Positions 7,859-16,956 of a stretch of 64,000 nt of DNA are shown here, piece after piece. Location: IMG/VR virus record IMGVR_UViG_3300023179_000058, positions 25,766 to 89,765 of that record; one strand, given 5' to 3'. Numbering within the stretch: the stretch's first letter is position 1; every line of letters begins with the position of its first letter. The notes beneath the pieces are model-generated. The model saw nothing but the letters and a program-made list of their open reading frames with translations. It ran no database searches and had not been told where the DNA came from. The position numbers were made by a program, and so were the translations under genes. The DNA comes from a virus.

Positions 7859-8365
7859 ATGACAACCAAAAATTTAAAATCTATTCCTGGATTCTCTGGT
7901 TATAGCGTAGATAAACTTGGAAACATTTATTCATCCAAGAGAAATAAACAAACAAAACTGAATCCTTATGTTACCATTAATGGGTACAATAAAGTATCAT
8001 TGGCAAGTGATGCTGGGATAATAAAACACTTTCAGTTGCACCGATTAATAGCACAATGTTTCATTGAAAATCCTAAAAATTTACCTATCGTTAATCATAA
8101 GAATGGTAAGAAAACGGATAACCGAGTTGTAAATTTAGAGTGGACCGATGCGAAAGGAAATGCAAGGCACTATCAAAAATATTTGAAGCCTAAGACTAAG
8201 AAAATTCAAAAAAATATAAAAAAAGAAAATGAAGATTATTTTAACAAGCATTATGAAAATATGGCTGATGTTATGGACAAATTAGTGCGTGTCTATGGCG
8301 AAGACAATCCACGATTAGTGTGTAAAATATACAAAGTCATGGCTGGAATAGATGGTAATGAATAG
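7859..8365 (+). CDS. NUMOD4/HNH endonuclease
   Basis: IPGFSGYSVDKLGNI and HRLIA...VNHKNGKKTDNRVVNLEW; more AT-rich than its neighbours. Confidence 0.88.
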   Translation: MTTKNLKSIPGFSGYSVDKLGNIYSSKRNKQTKLNPYVTINGYNKVSLASDAGIIKHFQLHRLIAQCFIENPKNLPIVNHKNGKKTDNRVVNLEWTDAKGNARHYQKYLKPKTKKIQKNIKKENEDYFNKHYENMADVMDKLVRVYGEDNPRLVCKIYKVMAGIDGNE

Positions 8366-8618
8366 TCAAGAAATTCAAACCGCAGTCTACGAGTGGGCAT
8401 GTGGTAAAAACTTTACCGCGCCCTACGGCGTTCTGACTGGTGAATACAAGAGCAAGAAAGGTGCCAAGTATCGTGCCGTGACTTTTGGTCGCGCAAGAAC
8501 TTTGGATGCTACTGTTGAGATTTACAATCGAAACTTTATAATTCTCAGAACCAGCCGCGATGGTTCCGAAGTGTTCAATGATTATGTTACTTTGATGGCT
8601 AGATTGGAGGCATTGTGA
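8358..8618 (+). CDS. Hypothetical protein
   Basis: Tightly packed ORF in operon. Confidence 0.65.
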   Translation: MNSQEIQTAVYEWACGKNFTAPYGVLTGEYKSKKGAKYRAVTFGRARTLDATVEIYNRNFIILRTSRDGSEVFNDYVTLMARLEAL

Positions 8619-8836
8619 TCCGCAGTAAACGGAAAAACGAAATGATTGTTATTGACCTGACTGGTCCGCAAGGCAATGCATTTTATTTGATGGGTGTGGT
8701 GCTGAAAACTTTTCGGCAATCTGGTGCGCCAGAACTAGGCGAAGCCATTGTTGCTGAAATGAAAAAAGGTGACTATGAACACCTAGTAAAAACTTTTGAT
8801 TTGTATCTTGGTGAACATTTTATTTTGGAGCGTTAA
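8615..8836 (+). CDS. Hypothetical phage protein
   Basis: LTGPQGNAF motif; overlaps the upstream stop. Confidence 0.7.
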   Translation: MIRSKRKNEMIVIDLTGPQGNAFYLMGVVLKTFRQSGAPELGEAIVAEMKKGDYEHLVKTFDLYLGEHFILER

Positions 8837-8838
8837 AA

Positions 8839-9210
8839 ATGGGAACACGGTCTTTGACTTTTGTGTATGATGGCAATCAACCTGTATTGAATTTGTATCG
8901 CCAATTCGATGGCTATCCGTCAGGACACGGAGCCGAACTTGCTGAATTTTTGAGTGGGTTCGAAGTAGTGAATGGTTATGGCGAAGTGAAGCCTAAACTT
9001 GCAAACGGCATGGGTTGCCTTGCCGCGCAGTTGGTTGCACACTTCAAACAATCTGTTGGTGGATTCTACATTTATCCTGTAACCTCGACCGATTGTTGGC
9101 AGGACTATGAGTACCATGTGTACGAAGATAAAGTGGTTGTGAAAAATCCGACCGAAGTTATCTTTAGCGGAACATGGGAAGACCTTGATGGGTTTTGCAA
9201 AGATGAGTAA
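8839..9210 (+). CDS. Hypothetical phage protein
   Basis: MGTRS...YRQFDGYPSGHG motif, SD GGAG. Confidence 0.75.
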   Translation: MGTRSLTFVYDGNQPVLNLYRQFDGYPSGHGAELAEFLSGFEVVNGYGEVKPKLANGMGCLAAQLVAHFKQSVGGFYIYPVTSTDCWQDYEYHVYEDKVVVKNPTEVIFSGTWEDLDGFCKDE

Positions 9211-9243
9211 AGAAAGAGTTTTTGTAGATATGGAGATTTAAAA

Positions 9244-9453
9244 GTGAATCAAAAAATTAAAGAACTATCCAAAGAGGCTTACGAAGCCGTGATTGAAAAT
9301 ACTCCGAGTATGCTAGTCACTAGAGAAATGTTTGAGCAAAAGTTTGCCGACTTAATTCTATCGGAAGTTTTAGCCATTTGCGAAGACTTTGGCGACCAAG
9401 GTAAAGACGGACATTATTGTGCTGACGAAATTGCCAGAACATTTTTGAGGTGA
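9244..9453 (+). CDS. Hypothetical protein
   Basis: SD GGAG, GTG start. Confidence 0.6.
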   Translation: MNQKIKELSKEAYEAVIENTPSMLVTREMFEQKFADLILSEVLAICEDFGDQGKDGHYCADEIARTFLR

Positions 9454-9456
9454 ACT

Positions 9457-9837
9457 GTGGGAACGAATTACTATGTCGCAAAAAATCTTTGCGAATGTTG
9501 CAATCGATATGATGAAGAGTACCACATTGGTAAATCGTCATATGGTTGGGCGTTTTCTTTTCAAGGCTATCGTATTGAGAGGCTAGTATCTTGGCGCGCA
9601 TGGAAAGAATTTCTCAAAGACAAAGTGATTATGGATGAGTATGGAGAACGAAAAGATTACGATTGGTTTGTCCATATGATTGAAACATACAAAGCGCCTG
9701 GTTATGTGCGAGAGGATGGTCATAAAAATCTCCAACATAATGAGCAGGGAAAAATTGATAAGCGCCCATGGTTCAATCCTGAATACGATTGGGATGACGA
9801 AGATGGTTATGCTTTTTGTTCTAGAGAATTTTCATAA
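9457..9837 (+). CDS. Hypothetical phage protein
   Basis: MGTNYY...HIGKSSYGWAFSF motif. Confidence 0.7.
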   Translation: MGTNYYVAKNLCECCNRYDEEYHIGKSSYGWAFSFQGYRIERLVSWRAWKEFLKDKVIMDEYGERKDYDWFVHMIETYKAPGYVREDGHKNLQHNEQGKIDKRPWFNPEYDWDDEDGYAFCSREFS

Positions 9838-9848
9838 AGGAGAAGTGT

Positions 9849-10067
9849 ATGTCTGGTTTTCAAAGTAAGCGAATGATGGCGGCAAGCCGCGAATCCGAAT
9901 TTTCGGAATTGCCGATTGAGGAATATGCGAGGGCATTGTTTGATGCAACCTTAGCCCTTGATGATAGCAATACCCTTACCCCTACGCCGCAACAAAATCT
10001 CATTTGGTTGCAAGCCTTGTCGGAAATGTGGGTGCGCCAGTCTAGGGAAGAAGTAAGTACTCGCTAA
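9849..10067 (+). CDS. Hypothetical protein
   Basis: SD AAGGAG. Confidence 0.65.
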   Translation: MSGFQSKRMMAASRESEFSELPIEEYARALFDATLALDDSNTLTPTPQQNLIWLQALSEMWVRQSREEVSTR

Positions 10068-10084
10068 CTTGTTGATTTTGCTAG

Positions 10085-10145
10085 TGTTGTTTTTATGCAA
10101 CAACCAAAAATAGTGCTTGACAAGTGGTTCGGACTTTGGTAAGAT
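10085..10145 (+). promoter_or_regulatory. Early promoter cassette
   Basis: Palindrome 10085-10102; TTGACA-N17-TAAGAT. Confidence 0.75.
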
Positions 10146-10173
10146 ATGCTTATGTTGATTGAGAGAGGTTCGA

Positions 10174-10407
10174 ATGTCTAGATTTTTGAGAGAAATGGAT
10201 GCCCGCCGTGCGCGGTCTACAATGATCCGCGAAGCCATGCGGGCGTATGAAGATTCCTGCCGCGCCGAGTATGGTTCGCCCTACGCCGCGATGGCTGGTG
10301 TGCTAGAGTCCTTACTGACTGGCCTTGCGGCTGACCGGTTAGATTCTACTGAAGATGTTGTCCGTACTTTGAAATCCTTGACCAAGACTAAACTGGAGAA
10401 TGCATAA
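10174..10407 (+). CDS. Hypothetical early protein
   Basis: SD GAGG. Confidence 0.65.
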   Translation: MSRFLREMDARRARSTMIREAMRAYEDSCRAEYGSPYAAMAGVLESLLTGLAADRLDSTEDVVRTLKSLTKTKLENA

Positions 10408-10823
10408 TGGCTTACATGTCCCAAGAAAAGAAAGCAAAAATTTCGGCTCTGTTAAAACCGATCCTTGCAAAATACAAAGTGAAGGGTTCGCTAAGTGTGC
10501 GTAACCATTCCTCGATTTGCTTAACCCTAAAGTCTGGTGAAATTGACTTTATCGGCAATAGCAATAAAGTTTGTGGTAGCAACTTCTATCAAGTCCAGCG
10601 TGGGTTCAAACCTAACACCAGCGGCTATGATCAAGTGAATCCGTATTGGTTTCAAGACCACTACGATGGCAAGGCTAAGGCATTTTTGACCGAAGCCTTT
10701 AAGGCTCTGAAAGGTGCGGGCTGGTATGATAATTCGGATGCAATGACCGATTATTTTGATACCGCGTACTATGTTGATGTGAGTATCGGAAAATGGAACA
10801 AACCCTACGAATTGACAAAATAA
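10407..10823 (+). CDS. Hypothetical phage protein
   Basis: MAYMSQEKK...SDAMTDYFDTAYY; SD GGAG. Confidence 0.8.
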   Translation: MAYMSQEKKAKISALLKPILAKYKVKGSLSVRNHSSICLTLKSGEIDFIGNSNKVCGSNFYQVQRGFKPNTSGYDQVNPYWFQDHYDGKAKAFLTEAFKALKGAGWYDNSDAMTDYFDTAYYVDVSIGKWNKPYELTK

Positions 10824-10936
10824 AGCGCCGCGATTTTGTAGCCAAGGACCTGCGTACACCGAAGTACCGTATGCGGGTAGTTGGCGACAAGCGTAAGCGT
10901 GATCCAAAACACAAATGGAAATTATATGAATCCTGA
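10793..10936 (+). CDS. 47-aa basic protein, weakly ArfA-like
   Basis: MEQTLRIDKIKRRDFVAKDLRTPKYRMRVVGDKRKRDPKHKWKLYES; fills the gap between genes; absent from the ORF track. Confidence 0.55.
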   Translation: MEQTLRIDKIKRRDFVAKDLRTPKYRMRVVGDKRKRDPKHKWKLYES

Positions 10937-11231
10937 ACCAATGAGCATCCGTAGATCGGTGGCTGAGGAAATTCTGGACACGATTTACTTTGGGAATCTC
11001 GATTCTATCAAAGGCGCCAAAGGGCGCAAGTTTAGCAAAGTGAACACCGGACAAAAGGACGCATATATGCTCCCGTTCGGTTTCTCGAAGGACTGCTATG
11101 GTGCGGTCCTTGTGCATACCCCTAACCGAATTGAGGTTGTGACAAGGATTCGAGGCACGGAACGGAAAAACAGTTTCCGATCCGCGTATGATACAAAGGT
11201 CTTTTTGTGCCGTTCTTTTGTCAATCGGTGA
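10926..11231 (+). CDS. Hypothetical protein
   Basis: Coupled ORF whose TGA begins the GC-rich repeat. Confidence 0.65.
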   Translation: MNPEPMSIRRSVAEEILDTIYFGNLDSIKGAKGRKFSKVNTGQKDAYMLPFGFSKDCYGAVLVHTPNRIEVVTRIRGTERKNSFRSAYDTKVFLCRSFVNR

Positions 11232-11397
11232 CCGGTTTTCCGGGCTTTTGGGCGGCTTTTGGGACTGGATGCTACTGAGACCCTACCCCCTAGCGGAAAA
11301 CCGCCCAAAACCGCCCTATAAGTTGTTGTTTTTACACAACATGTTGCAAAAATACAACAAAAAAGTACTTGACAAGGGTATCCGGCTTTGGTATACT
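11229..11397 (+). repeat. Long promoter/stem-loop cassette, copy 1
   Basis: 32 nt identical to 17353-17384; GGGCGG/CCGCCC inverted repeat; two palindromes; TTGACA-N17-TATACT. Confidence 0.85.
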
Positions 11398-11403
11398 GTA
11401 AGT

Positions 11404-11721
11404 ATGGTAATGAGAAAGAAACGGTCCGACAGAAACCATGTGCTTTACATGGTGACTTGCGAGGATACAGGCGACACCTATATCGGCTTGACGGTCGCGG
11501 TAGGTCAAGCGTACCTCAAGTCCGTCAAGGTTCGGTGGCAAAAACACCTGAGCCGCGCACGGTGCGAAAACAAGGACTGGAACTTTTGTAATGCTTTGCG
11601 AGTCCTTGATGATTGTACTTGGACCTACCAAGTGCTTGAAGTGGTCCGCGGTCGAAAGAATGCACACCAGCGTGAGCGTGAATTGATCCGCGATTATGAA
11701 CCTAGCCTCAATACATTTTGA
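11404..11721 (+). CDS. GIY-YIG-like nuclease (probably leaderless)
   Basis: VLY...TYIGLT...RWQKH...ERELI...LN pattern; ATG 6 nt after the -10 box. Confidence 0.7.
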   Translation: MVMRKKRSDRNHVLYMVTCEDTGDTYIGLTVAVGQAYLKSVKVRWQKHLSRARCENKDWNFCNALRVLDDCTWTYQVLEVVRGRKNAHQRERELIRDYEPSLNTF

Positions 11722-11723
11722 CT

Positions 11724-11909
11724 ATGGAAACTAAACTTTCGATTGAAGAAATTAATTTGCTTTTTCGTGAAATTGCTGATACAATTTCCGAAGAAAGAAT
11801 GAATGAGTATGCCGATGAACTTGATATGGAAATGCTACTTGCAAATCCGCGGTTCTACGGTCCTGATTGTGATGATTGTGATGGTCCTTGGTATTGGGAG
11901 GTAAAGTGA
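11724..11909 (+). CDS. Hypothetical acidic protein
   Basis: Coupled ORF. Confidence 0.6.
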   Translation: METKLSIEEINLLFREIADTISEERMNEYADELDMEMLLANPRFYGPDCDDCDGPWYWEVK

Positions 11910-12070
11910 TGAAAGGTTCAATTCGTTTTTTTCTTGGCTTGCTGATTGTGTTCGGTGCCGTTGGTACCCTTGAAGTGAATCCTGATGCAAGTTTAATCGC
12001 GCAGTTAATTCTGGCTGGCGCAGGTTTGATGTTGATGAAGTCCGGTTCGGACGCACTAGGAGGTGTATGA
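11909..12070 (+). CDS. Small two-helix membrane protein
   Basis: SD GGAGG; two hydrophobic segments. Confidence 0.65.
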   Translation: MKGSIRFFLGLLIVFGAVGTLEVNPDASLIAQLILAGAGLMLMKSGSDALGGV

Positions 12071-12312
12071 TGTTTATTGCAAAGCCAAATGATATGAATT
12101 TTTCAAATTCGCAAGAGTTTGCTGATATGTTTGCGGCGCAAGCGTATTTGGAAGAAACTACTGGAGTCAACATGCCGATGGACGAATGGATCATCCTCGG
12201 TAAGATTCTAGAAGTTGGTGTTGACGGTACTCCGGCAATGCCAGAGTTTTACCCGAAAATGCGTAAGGGTAATATTGTCATGGAAAGGGTTGACATTGAA
12301 TCCTTCCTGTGA
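12067..12312 (+). CDS. Hypothetical protein
   Basis: SD AGGAGG; ATGA overlap. Confidence 0.7.
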   Translation: MMFIAKPNDMNFSNSQEFADMFAAQAYLEETTGVNMPMDEWIILGKILEVGVDGTPAMPEFYPKMRKGNIVMERVDIESFL

Positions 12313-12318
12313 TAGAAT
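12290..12318 (+). promoter_or_regulatory. sigma70 promoter without the palindrome
   Basis: TTGACA-N17-TAGAAT. Confidence 0.7.
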
Positions 12319-12367
12319 GATAATGTTGGTTGGTAATTTGTTTTTTTCTTAATTTAGGAGATTGATT

Positions 12368-12853
12368 ATGTCGAAGAATCTGCAATATGTGAAGGTGTTT
12401 GAGTTACTTCAAAACGCCAAGGGTCCTGTCAAGGTTTCTGATGTAAAGGCTTTGGATGGCATTGTGCCGACACGCCTTTCCACTTACCTGTGGGAAATCA
12501 AGAAAAACACGGGCTTTGCTGTTAAGTCCAATCGTGACGGTCGCACCGTTGTGAGTTATGAACTTGTTGGTTCGGGAACTGCTCCCGCCCCAAAGGTAGT
12601 ACAGGTGACTAAGGTAGCCACCACCAAGACTACGACTAAGGCTACCACTAAGGCTACTGCAAAAGCCGCGCCTGCTAAAGTGACGAAGGTCGCTAAGGCA
12701 AAGGCTATCGCGAGTGAAATGGAAGACGATGTTCTTCCGACTGCTAAGATGGTCAAGAATGCCAATGTGTTTGACGCATTGGATGAGATTGATACCACGA
12801 CCGCTGACTTTGAGGATCGTGAGTATGCATCGCAGTATGTGAAGGGAATGTAA
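12368..12853 (+). CDS. Putative winged-HTH protein with Lys/Ala/Thr-rich linker and acidic tail
   Basis: RLSTYLWEIKKNTGFAVKS...VVSYEL, then TKATTKATAKAAPAK. Confidence 0.65.
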   Translation: MSKNLQYVKVFELLQNAKGPVKVSDVKALDGIVPTRLSTYLWEIKKNTGFAVKSNRDGRTVVSYELVGSGTAPAPKVVQVTKVATTKTTTKATTKATAKAAPAKVTKVAKAKAIASEMEDDVLPTAKMVKNANVFDALDEIDTTTADFEDREYASQYVKGM

Positions 12854-13035
12854 AATCATGAACCTGGGACAGGCGAACACCGGTTCGCCTGACCTAATCC
12901 CTCTAGTGCTTGAAGCATGGAATCAGGGTTACTCAGGCGAACAGGTTGTGCTATACATATGCCACAAGACTGGTTGCACTATTGGCGAAGCGAAGGACGC
13001 AATTGAGCAAGTTTATTTGACAATGAAGGATTAAA

Positions 13036-13524
13036 GTGATTAATAAAATCTACCTTGATATGGATGGCGTTCTATGCGACTTTGATAAGCGTTGGCTTAA
13101 ATTGTTTAATGAAACGCCTAGACAAACCCGCGAAAGAAAAGAATTTGTTCCTAACTGGGACACTTTCGTTTTGAATGAAAACTTTGTAACATTGGATGAT
13201 TTTCCTGGCTCAGACGATTTGCTAAAATTCGTTATATCAAAATCTGATACTGTTGATATTGAAATTCTGTCCTCAAGTGGCGGGCAGAAGTACCATAACG
13301 AAGTGAGGGATCAAAAGTTGCGATACCTCAAGGCGCGTGGTTTGCATTTTCCCACTAACATTGTTCCAGGTCGCAAGTTGAAACAAAACTATGCAACACC
13401 TGATTCTATTCTTATTGATGACACCGAAGATGTAATTGAAGCCTTTAATCGTGCAGGTGGCATCGGTATCTTGCATAAAGACGCGAGTGAAACTCTAACT
13501 GTTTTAAAGGAAATTTTTAAGTGA
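13036..13524 (+). CDS. HAD-family 5'(3')-deoxyribonucleotidase-like protein
   Basis: YLDMDGVLCDF and ILIDD motifs. Confidence 0.85.
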   Translation: MINKIYLDMDGVLCDFDKRWLKLFNETPRQTRERKEFVPNWDTFVLNENFVTLDDFPGSDDLLKFVISKSDTVDIEILSSSGGQKYHNEVRDQKLRYLKARGLHFPTNIVPGRKLKQNYATPDSILIDDTEDVIEAFNRAGGIGILHKDASETLTVLKEIFK

Positions 13525-13751
13525 AAACTTTCAGTACATTCGAATCGGTTGATGGTATGAATGGTTGCATGAAACGCCCTATTGTGGTTCATGCGAAACA
13601 GATTACCGAAGATTTTCGCGTTGATACACTCGAAGGTAATTACAAGCAAGGAAAAGCAGGTGATTACTTAATGCGCGGTATCGAAGGCGAACTTTATATT
13701 TGTGATAAAGCAATTTTTGAAAAAACTTATGATTGGGTGCCACATGAGTAA
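13521..13751 (+). CDS. Hypothetical phage protein (TLEG...GDY family)
   Basis: TLEG...AGDYLMRGIEGELYIC...FEKTY. Confidence 0.7.
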   Translation: MKTFSTFESVDGMNGCMKRPIVVHAKQITEDFRVDTLEGNYKQGKAGDYLMRGIEGELYICDKAIFEKTYDWVPHE

Positions 13752-13944
13752 TGGACTAATGATTGATTGGGATACGGCTGATCGTATCACCTTATTGACA
13801 CTCCAGAATTATCGTGATAACCTACAAGATCATTTGAACGGCGGCGCTGATGGAAGCCGATGGTTGCATCCAGATGATGAAACGCATAATCGTGCAATGA
13901 TCCAAGCAATCAATTTTGTAATCAAAGACTTTGGCGGAGCCTAG
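13744..13944 (+). CDS. Hypothetical protein
   Basis: Coupled ORF. Confidence 0.6.
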   Translation: MSNGLMIDWDTADRITLLTLQNYRDNLQDHLNGGADGSRWLHPDDETHNRAMIQAINFVIKDFGGA

Positions 13945-13945
13945 C

Positions 13946-14152
13946 ATGGCTGAGCCAATGACAGAGGAAGACCTAATCTATCGGGCATGGCGTGATAGTG
14001 AATCGTATCAAGTGCCAATGACAAGAGAAGGCGAAGAAAAAGCGCAGGCGCGATTCTATGCATTTCGCAAAGGATGGAACTATGCTAAGTTTCACACTAA
14101 GCATAATGATATTTACATGAAGGACTACTACGAACATGGACCAAGACTTTGA
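13946..14152 (+). CDS. Hypothetical protein
   Basis: SD GGAG. Confidence 0.6.
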   Translation: MAEPMTEEDLIYRAWRDSESYQVPMTREGEEKAQARFYAFRKGWNYAKFHTKHNDIYMKDYYEHGPRL

Positions 14153-14540
14153 ACGATTGAATGATATGCTCAAGGATCATTTCACTCATGTGGAACGAGC
14201 CTACTTGGGCACTGGTATTGGATGGTACAATCTCATCTATACTTTGACCAATTGCATTGATCGCCGGCTTGAACACCTAAACAAGGATGGTGGCAATCGT
14301 AAAGTAGTCATCGCACAAATCAAAGAAAAGTTTGGTGGTCTTCGGTATTATGCTGACGGTGATGTAGACGAACAAATGGATGGCATGATTGACTTTGCCG
14401 AGTCTTTGAGTTATACTATCTGTGAAGAGTGTGGTCAACCTGGCAAACTTAGAAGCGGCGGTTGGATTCGCACTCTCTGTGATGTGCATGAAGCCAAACG
14501 GCAAGAATATTATAAAGGTTTAAATGATGAACGACTTTGA
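14136..14540 (+). CDS. Hypothetical phage protein with Zn-ribbon-like C-terminus
   Basis: QIKEKFGGLRYY...CEECG...TLCDVH. Confidence 0.8.
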   Translation: MDQDFERLNDMLKDHFTHVERAYLGTGIGWYNLIYTLTNCIDRRLEHLNKDGGNRKVVIAQIKEKFGGLRYYADGDVDEQMDGMIDFAESLSYTICEECGQPGKLRSGGWIRTLCDVHEAKRQEYYKGLNDERL

Positions 14541-14712
14541 AGTACATGAGATTGGATCGTTTACAGAGATTAAATTGTCTCGCGCATTGGCTCGAACGAT
14601 TGAACAGAATCTTATTCAATTCGGTAATGTGATGCCGCAAGATGTAATCAATGCATATCACGAATTAAGAAAACATTATCAATGGCAAATTGAACAAGGA
14701 GCAATGTCATGA
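14524..14712 (+). CDS. Hypothetical protein
   Basis: Coupled ORF. Confidence 0.6.
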   Translation: MMNDFEVHEIGSFTEIKLSRALARTIEQNLIQFGNVMPQDVINAYHELRKHYQWQIEQGAMS

Positions 14713-14996
14713 GTGTAGCAGAATGGGAAACTAAAGATAAGAACAAACTCCGTAAGTGGCTTGGTGAACACCTAGCATACGGACCTGTAACTGTTGTCTT
14801 TGAAAAGAAAGATGGCACCTTGCGTGAAATGCGTTGCACATTGAAAGATGTGCCTGAGTACGAACGCAAAACTGAGAGCGAAACGCCTCGCAAGAAAAAT
14901 GATGAAGTAATGTCCGTGTTTGATATGGACAAAAGCGAATGGCGTTCTTTTCGTATTGATTCAATTAAAGAAATTAAATTTGATTTAACATCATGA
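14709..14996 (+). CDS. WYL_2/SH3-fold phage protein
   Basis: VVFEKKDGTLREMRCTL...FDMDKSEWRSFR. Confidence 0.8.
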   Translation: MSVAEWETKDKNKLRKWLGEHLAYGPVTVVFEKKDGTLREMRCTLKDVPEYERKTESETPRKKNDEVMSVFDMDKSEWRSFRIDSIKEIKFDLTS

Positions 14997-15709
14997 AAAA
15001 ACTATCTGCACTAGCACTCGCAATCGCATGTGGCGTAGCAAACGCAAACATTCGTGGCGAAGGAGAACACCGTTTTGGTCCTGAGACTGCCGAGAATGTT
15101 GCATGTGCTATTGCAGAAGAAAAAGCGAAAGAGAATGCAATTGCAAACTTTGTTGGTGAATTGATTGAGCATCAAACCAACGAAGTGTGCCGAGATACAC
15201 AATGCACCACACACCGCGCTTACTTTTCAGAAGTAAGTGGCGAGATTCGTAGAATCATTCGCAAACAGTCTTTTGTCGCACCAGACAACAAGGCATCTGT
15301 TTGCATTGTTGAAATTGATGCCGATGTGGTGAAGATTGAAAACTCTATTGATCTAAGAGTTAAAGGTAAGAATCAACTACTGAATGGCGAACGATTTGGT
15401 CTGCAAATGGTTTCTAATCGAACCGGCAACCTCGCTATATTTAATATGACTGACGATAAGTATAGATTGATCCATATGATTCGAATCGATAAGCCAAACT
15501 CGGAATTCACATTCCCAAATGGCGGCAAGTTTCAAGCAATTCTACCAAACGGCAAATACCAATCCAATGAATTGCTTGTCTTTTTATTTACTGAGAACGA
15601 TTTGACATTTGACGATGTTTACAGTAAAATGGAGTTTGAAAGGTTAGTGAAAGACTTGCCATTCAAAAATAGGAAGTTGATTAGTCATCAAATTAACATT
15701 ACGAGGTAA
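14993..15709 (+). CDS. Exported hypothetical protein
   Basis: N-terminal signal peptide MKKLSALALAIACGVANA. Confidence 0.7.
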   Translation: MKKLSALALAIACGVANANIRGEGEHRFGPETAENVACAIAEEKAKENAIANFVGELIEHQTNEVCRDTQCTTHRAYFSEVSGEIRRIIRKQSFVAPDNKASVCIVEIDADVVKIENSIDLRVKGKNQLLNGERFGLQMVSNRTGNLAIFNMTDDKYRLIHMIRIDKPNSEFTFPNGGKFQAILPNGKYQSNELLVFLFTENDLTFDDVYSKMEFERLVKDLPFKNRKLISHQINITR

Positions 15710-15711
15710 TT

Positions 15712-15852
15712 ATGAAGTATTTGTTTGTTATGATTTGTGCCGCCATGCTATCTGCATGTGGTACAATTGGTGGTGCAATGCAAGGCGCAGGACAGGATTT
15801 GAATGCCGCTGGCACCTATGTTAAAAATGTCGGAAGGAGTGAGAATCGATGA
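15712..15852 (+). CDS. Entericidin (EcnA/B)-like small lipoprotein
   Basis: Lipobox LSAC then GTIGGAMQGAGQDL; SD GAGG; absent from the ORF track. Confidence 0.7.
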   Translation: MKYLFVMICAAMLSACGTIGGAMQGAGQDLNAAGTYVKNVGRSENR

Positions 15853-16466
15853 ACCAGACGCTATGTTATGTTTTGCTTCCCATTGTAGTTTCGTTGGCGG
15901 CATGTAGTTCCGTACCAACAAGCAATGGCGTTACAGTAAAGAATGAACGGATGTTTACGAATGAAGTAAACTATCCTAGTTGGTATACCGAAGCACCAAA
16001 GAAAGACGATAAAGGAATCTATGCCGTTGGCTCTGAGTATTCGAAAGACTTTCAATTCTCAGTAGACAAGGCTATGCTTTCCGCAAAGCGTGAACTTGCG
16101 TCACAGTTTTCGTCATACACTAGTGCAATGATGAAAGACTTTGCATATGAGTCTGGCATGACTGGCTCTGATGTAGCAAGGGCTGATCTAGAGCGTACAA
16201 CTAAAATGGTTGTTGCGCGAGTGAACCTTGTTGGCGTACAGCGCGTAAACATGAAGACTGTGCATGAAGAAAATGGTTATCGTACATTCGTGCGACTGCT
16301 ATATAACGAAGATGCATCCAATCAAATTCTGCTGAGTGAGATTCGTAGAAACCAAGCATTGTATGCTAGATTCCGTGCGTCAAAGTCATTCCAAGAACTT
16401 GAACGCGAAACTGATAAAATCGATCAACAAAAAGTAGAAGAGATAAAGGCTCTTACTCAGCAATAA
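15849..16466 (+). CDS. LPP20-like lipoprotein
   Basis: Lipobox LAAC; PSWY...AVGSE...AKRELA. Confidence 0.7.
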   Translation: MNQTLCYVLLPIVVSLAACSSVPTSNGVTVKNERMFTNEVNYPSWYTEAPKKDDKGIYAVGSEYSKDFQFSVDKAMLSAKRELASQFSSYTSAMMKDFAYESGMTGSDVARADLERTTKMVVARVNLVGVQRVNMKTVHEENGYRTFVRLLYNEDASNQILLSEIRRNQALYARFRASKSFQELERETDKIDQQKVEEIKALTQQ

Positions 16467-16476
16467 GGAGACTGAC

Positions 16477-16956
16477 ATGCCTAACTGGTGTAATAATTCA
16501 TTTAATGTCGAAGGCGACAAAGAAGCCATTGATAAATTTGAAGCCTTTCTCGAAGGTAATAACGGCAAAGACTGGTTCGATTTTTTTGCGCCAACACCTG
16601 CTGAATTGAAAGATGAAGGTTGGTACAATTGGAATATATCCAATTGGGGTTGCAAATGGAATTGCGATGCCCAAGATTGGGTACGAGAAGGAAATAGAAT
16701 TTCCTTCTGGTTTGATTCTCCATGGGGTCCGCCTGTTGAACTGTACTACAAAATTGAACATGCTGGTCTGACTGTGCAAGCAGAATACATGGAAGAAGGT
16801 ATGCGATTTGTTGGTGAGTTTATTGATGGTAGCCATGAGACTTACGAATATCAAGATGTAGAAGACTTGGACGATATTCCAGAACATTTGGTCGAGAATT
16901 GGAACTTGTACGACCAATTTGAATCTTGGGAAGATGAAGACGAGGACGAAGAATGA
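16477..16956 (+). CDS. DUF1281/YubB-like ferredoxin-fold protein
   Basis: MPNWC; WYNWNISNWGCKW; FDSPWGPP. Confidence 0.75.
   Translation: MPNWCNNSFNVEGDKEAIDKFEAFLEGNNGKDWFDFFAPTPAELKDEGWYNWNISNWGCKWNCDAQDWVREGNRISFWFDSPWGPPVELYYKIEHAGLTVQAEYMEEGMRFVGEFIDGSHETYEYQDVEDLDDIPEHLVENWNLYDQFESWEDEDEDEE

Noticed and set aside
7000-7869. 289-aa antisense ORF
   Set aside because: Shadow of the GP88-family gene, with no motifs, RBS or promoter.
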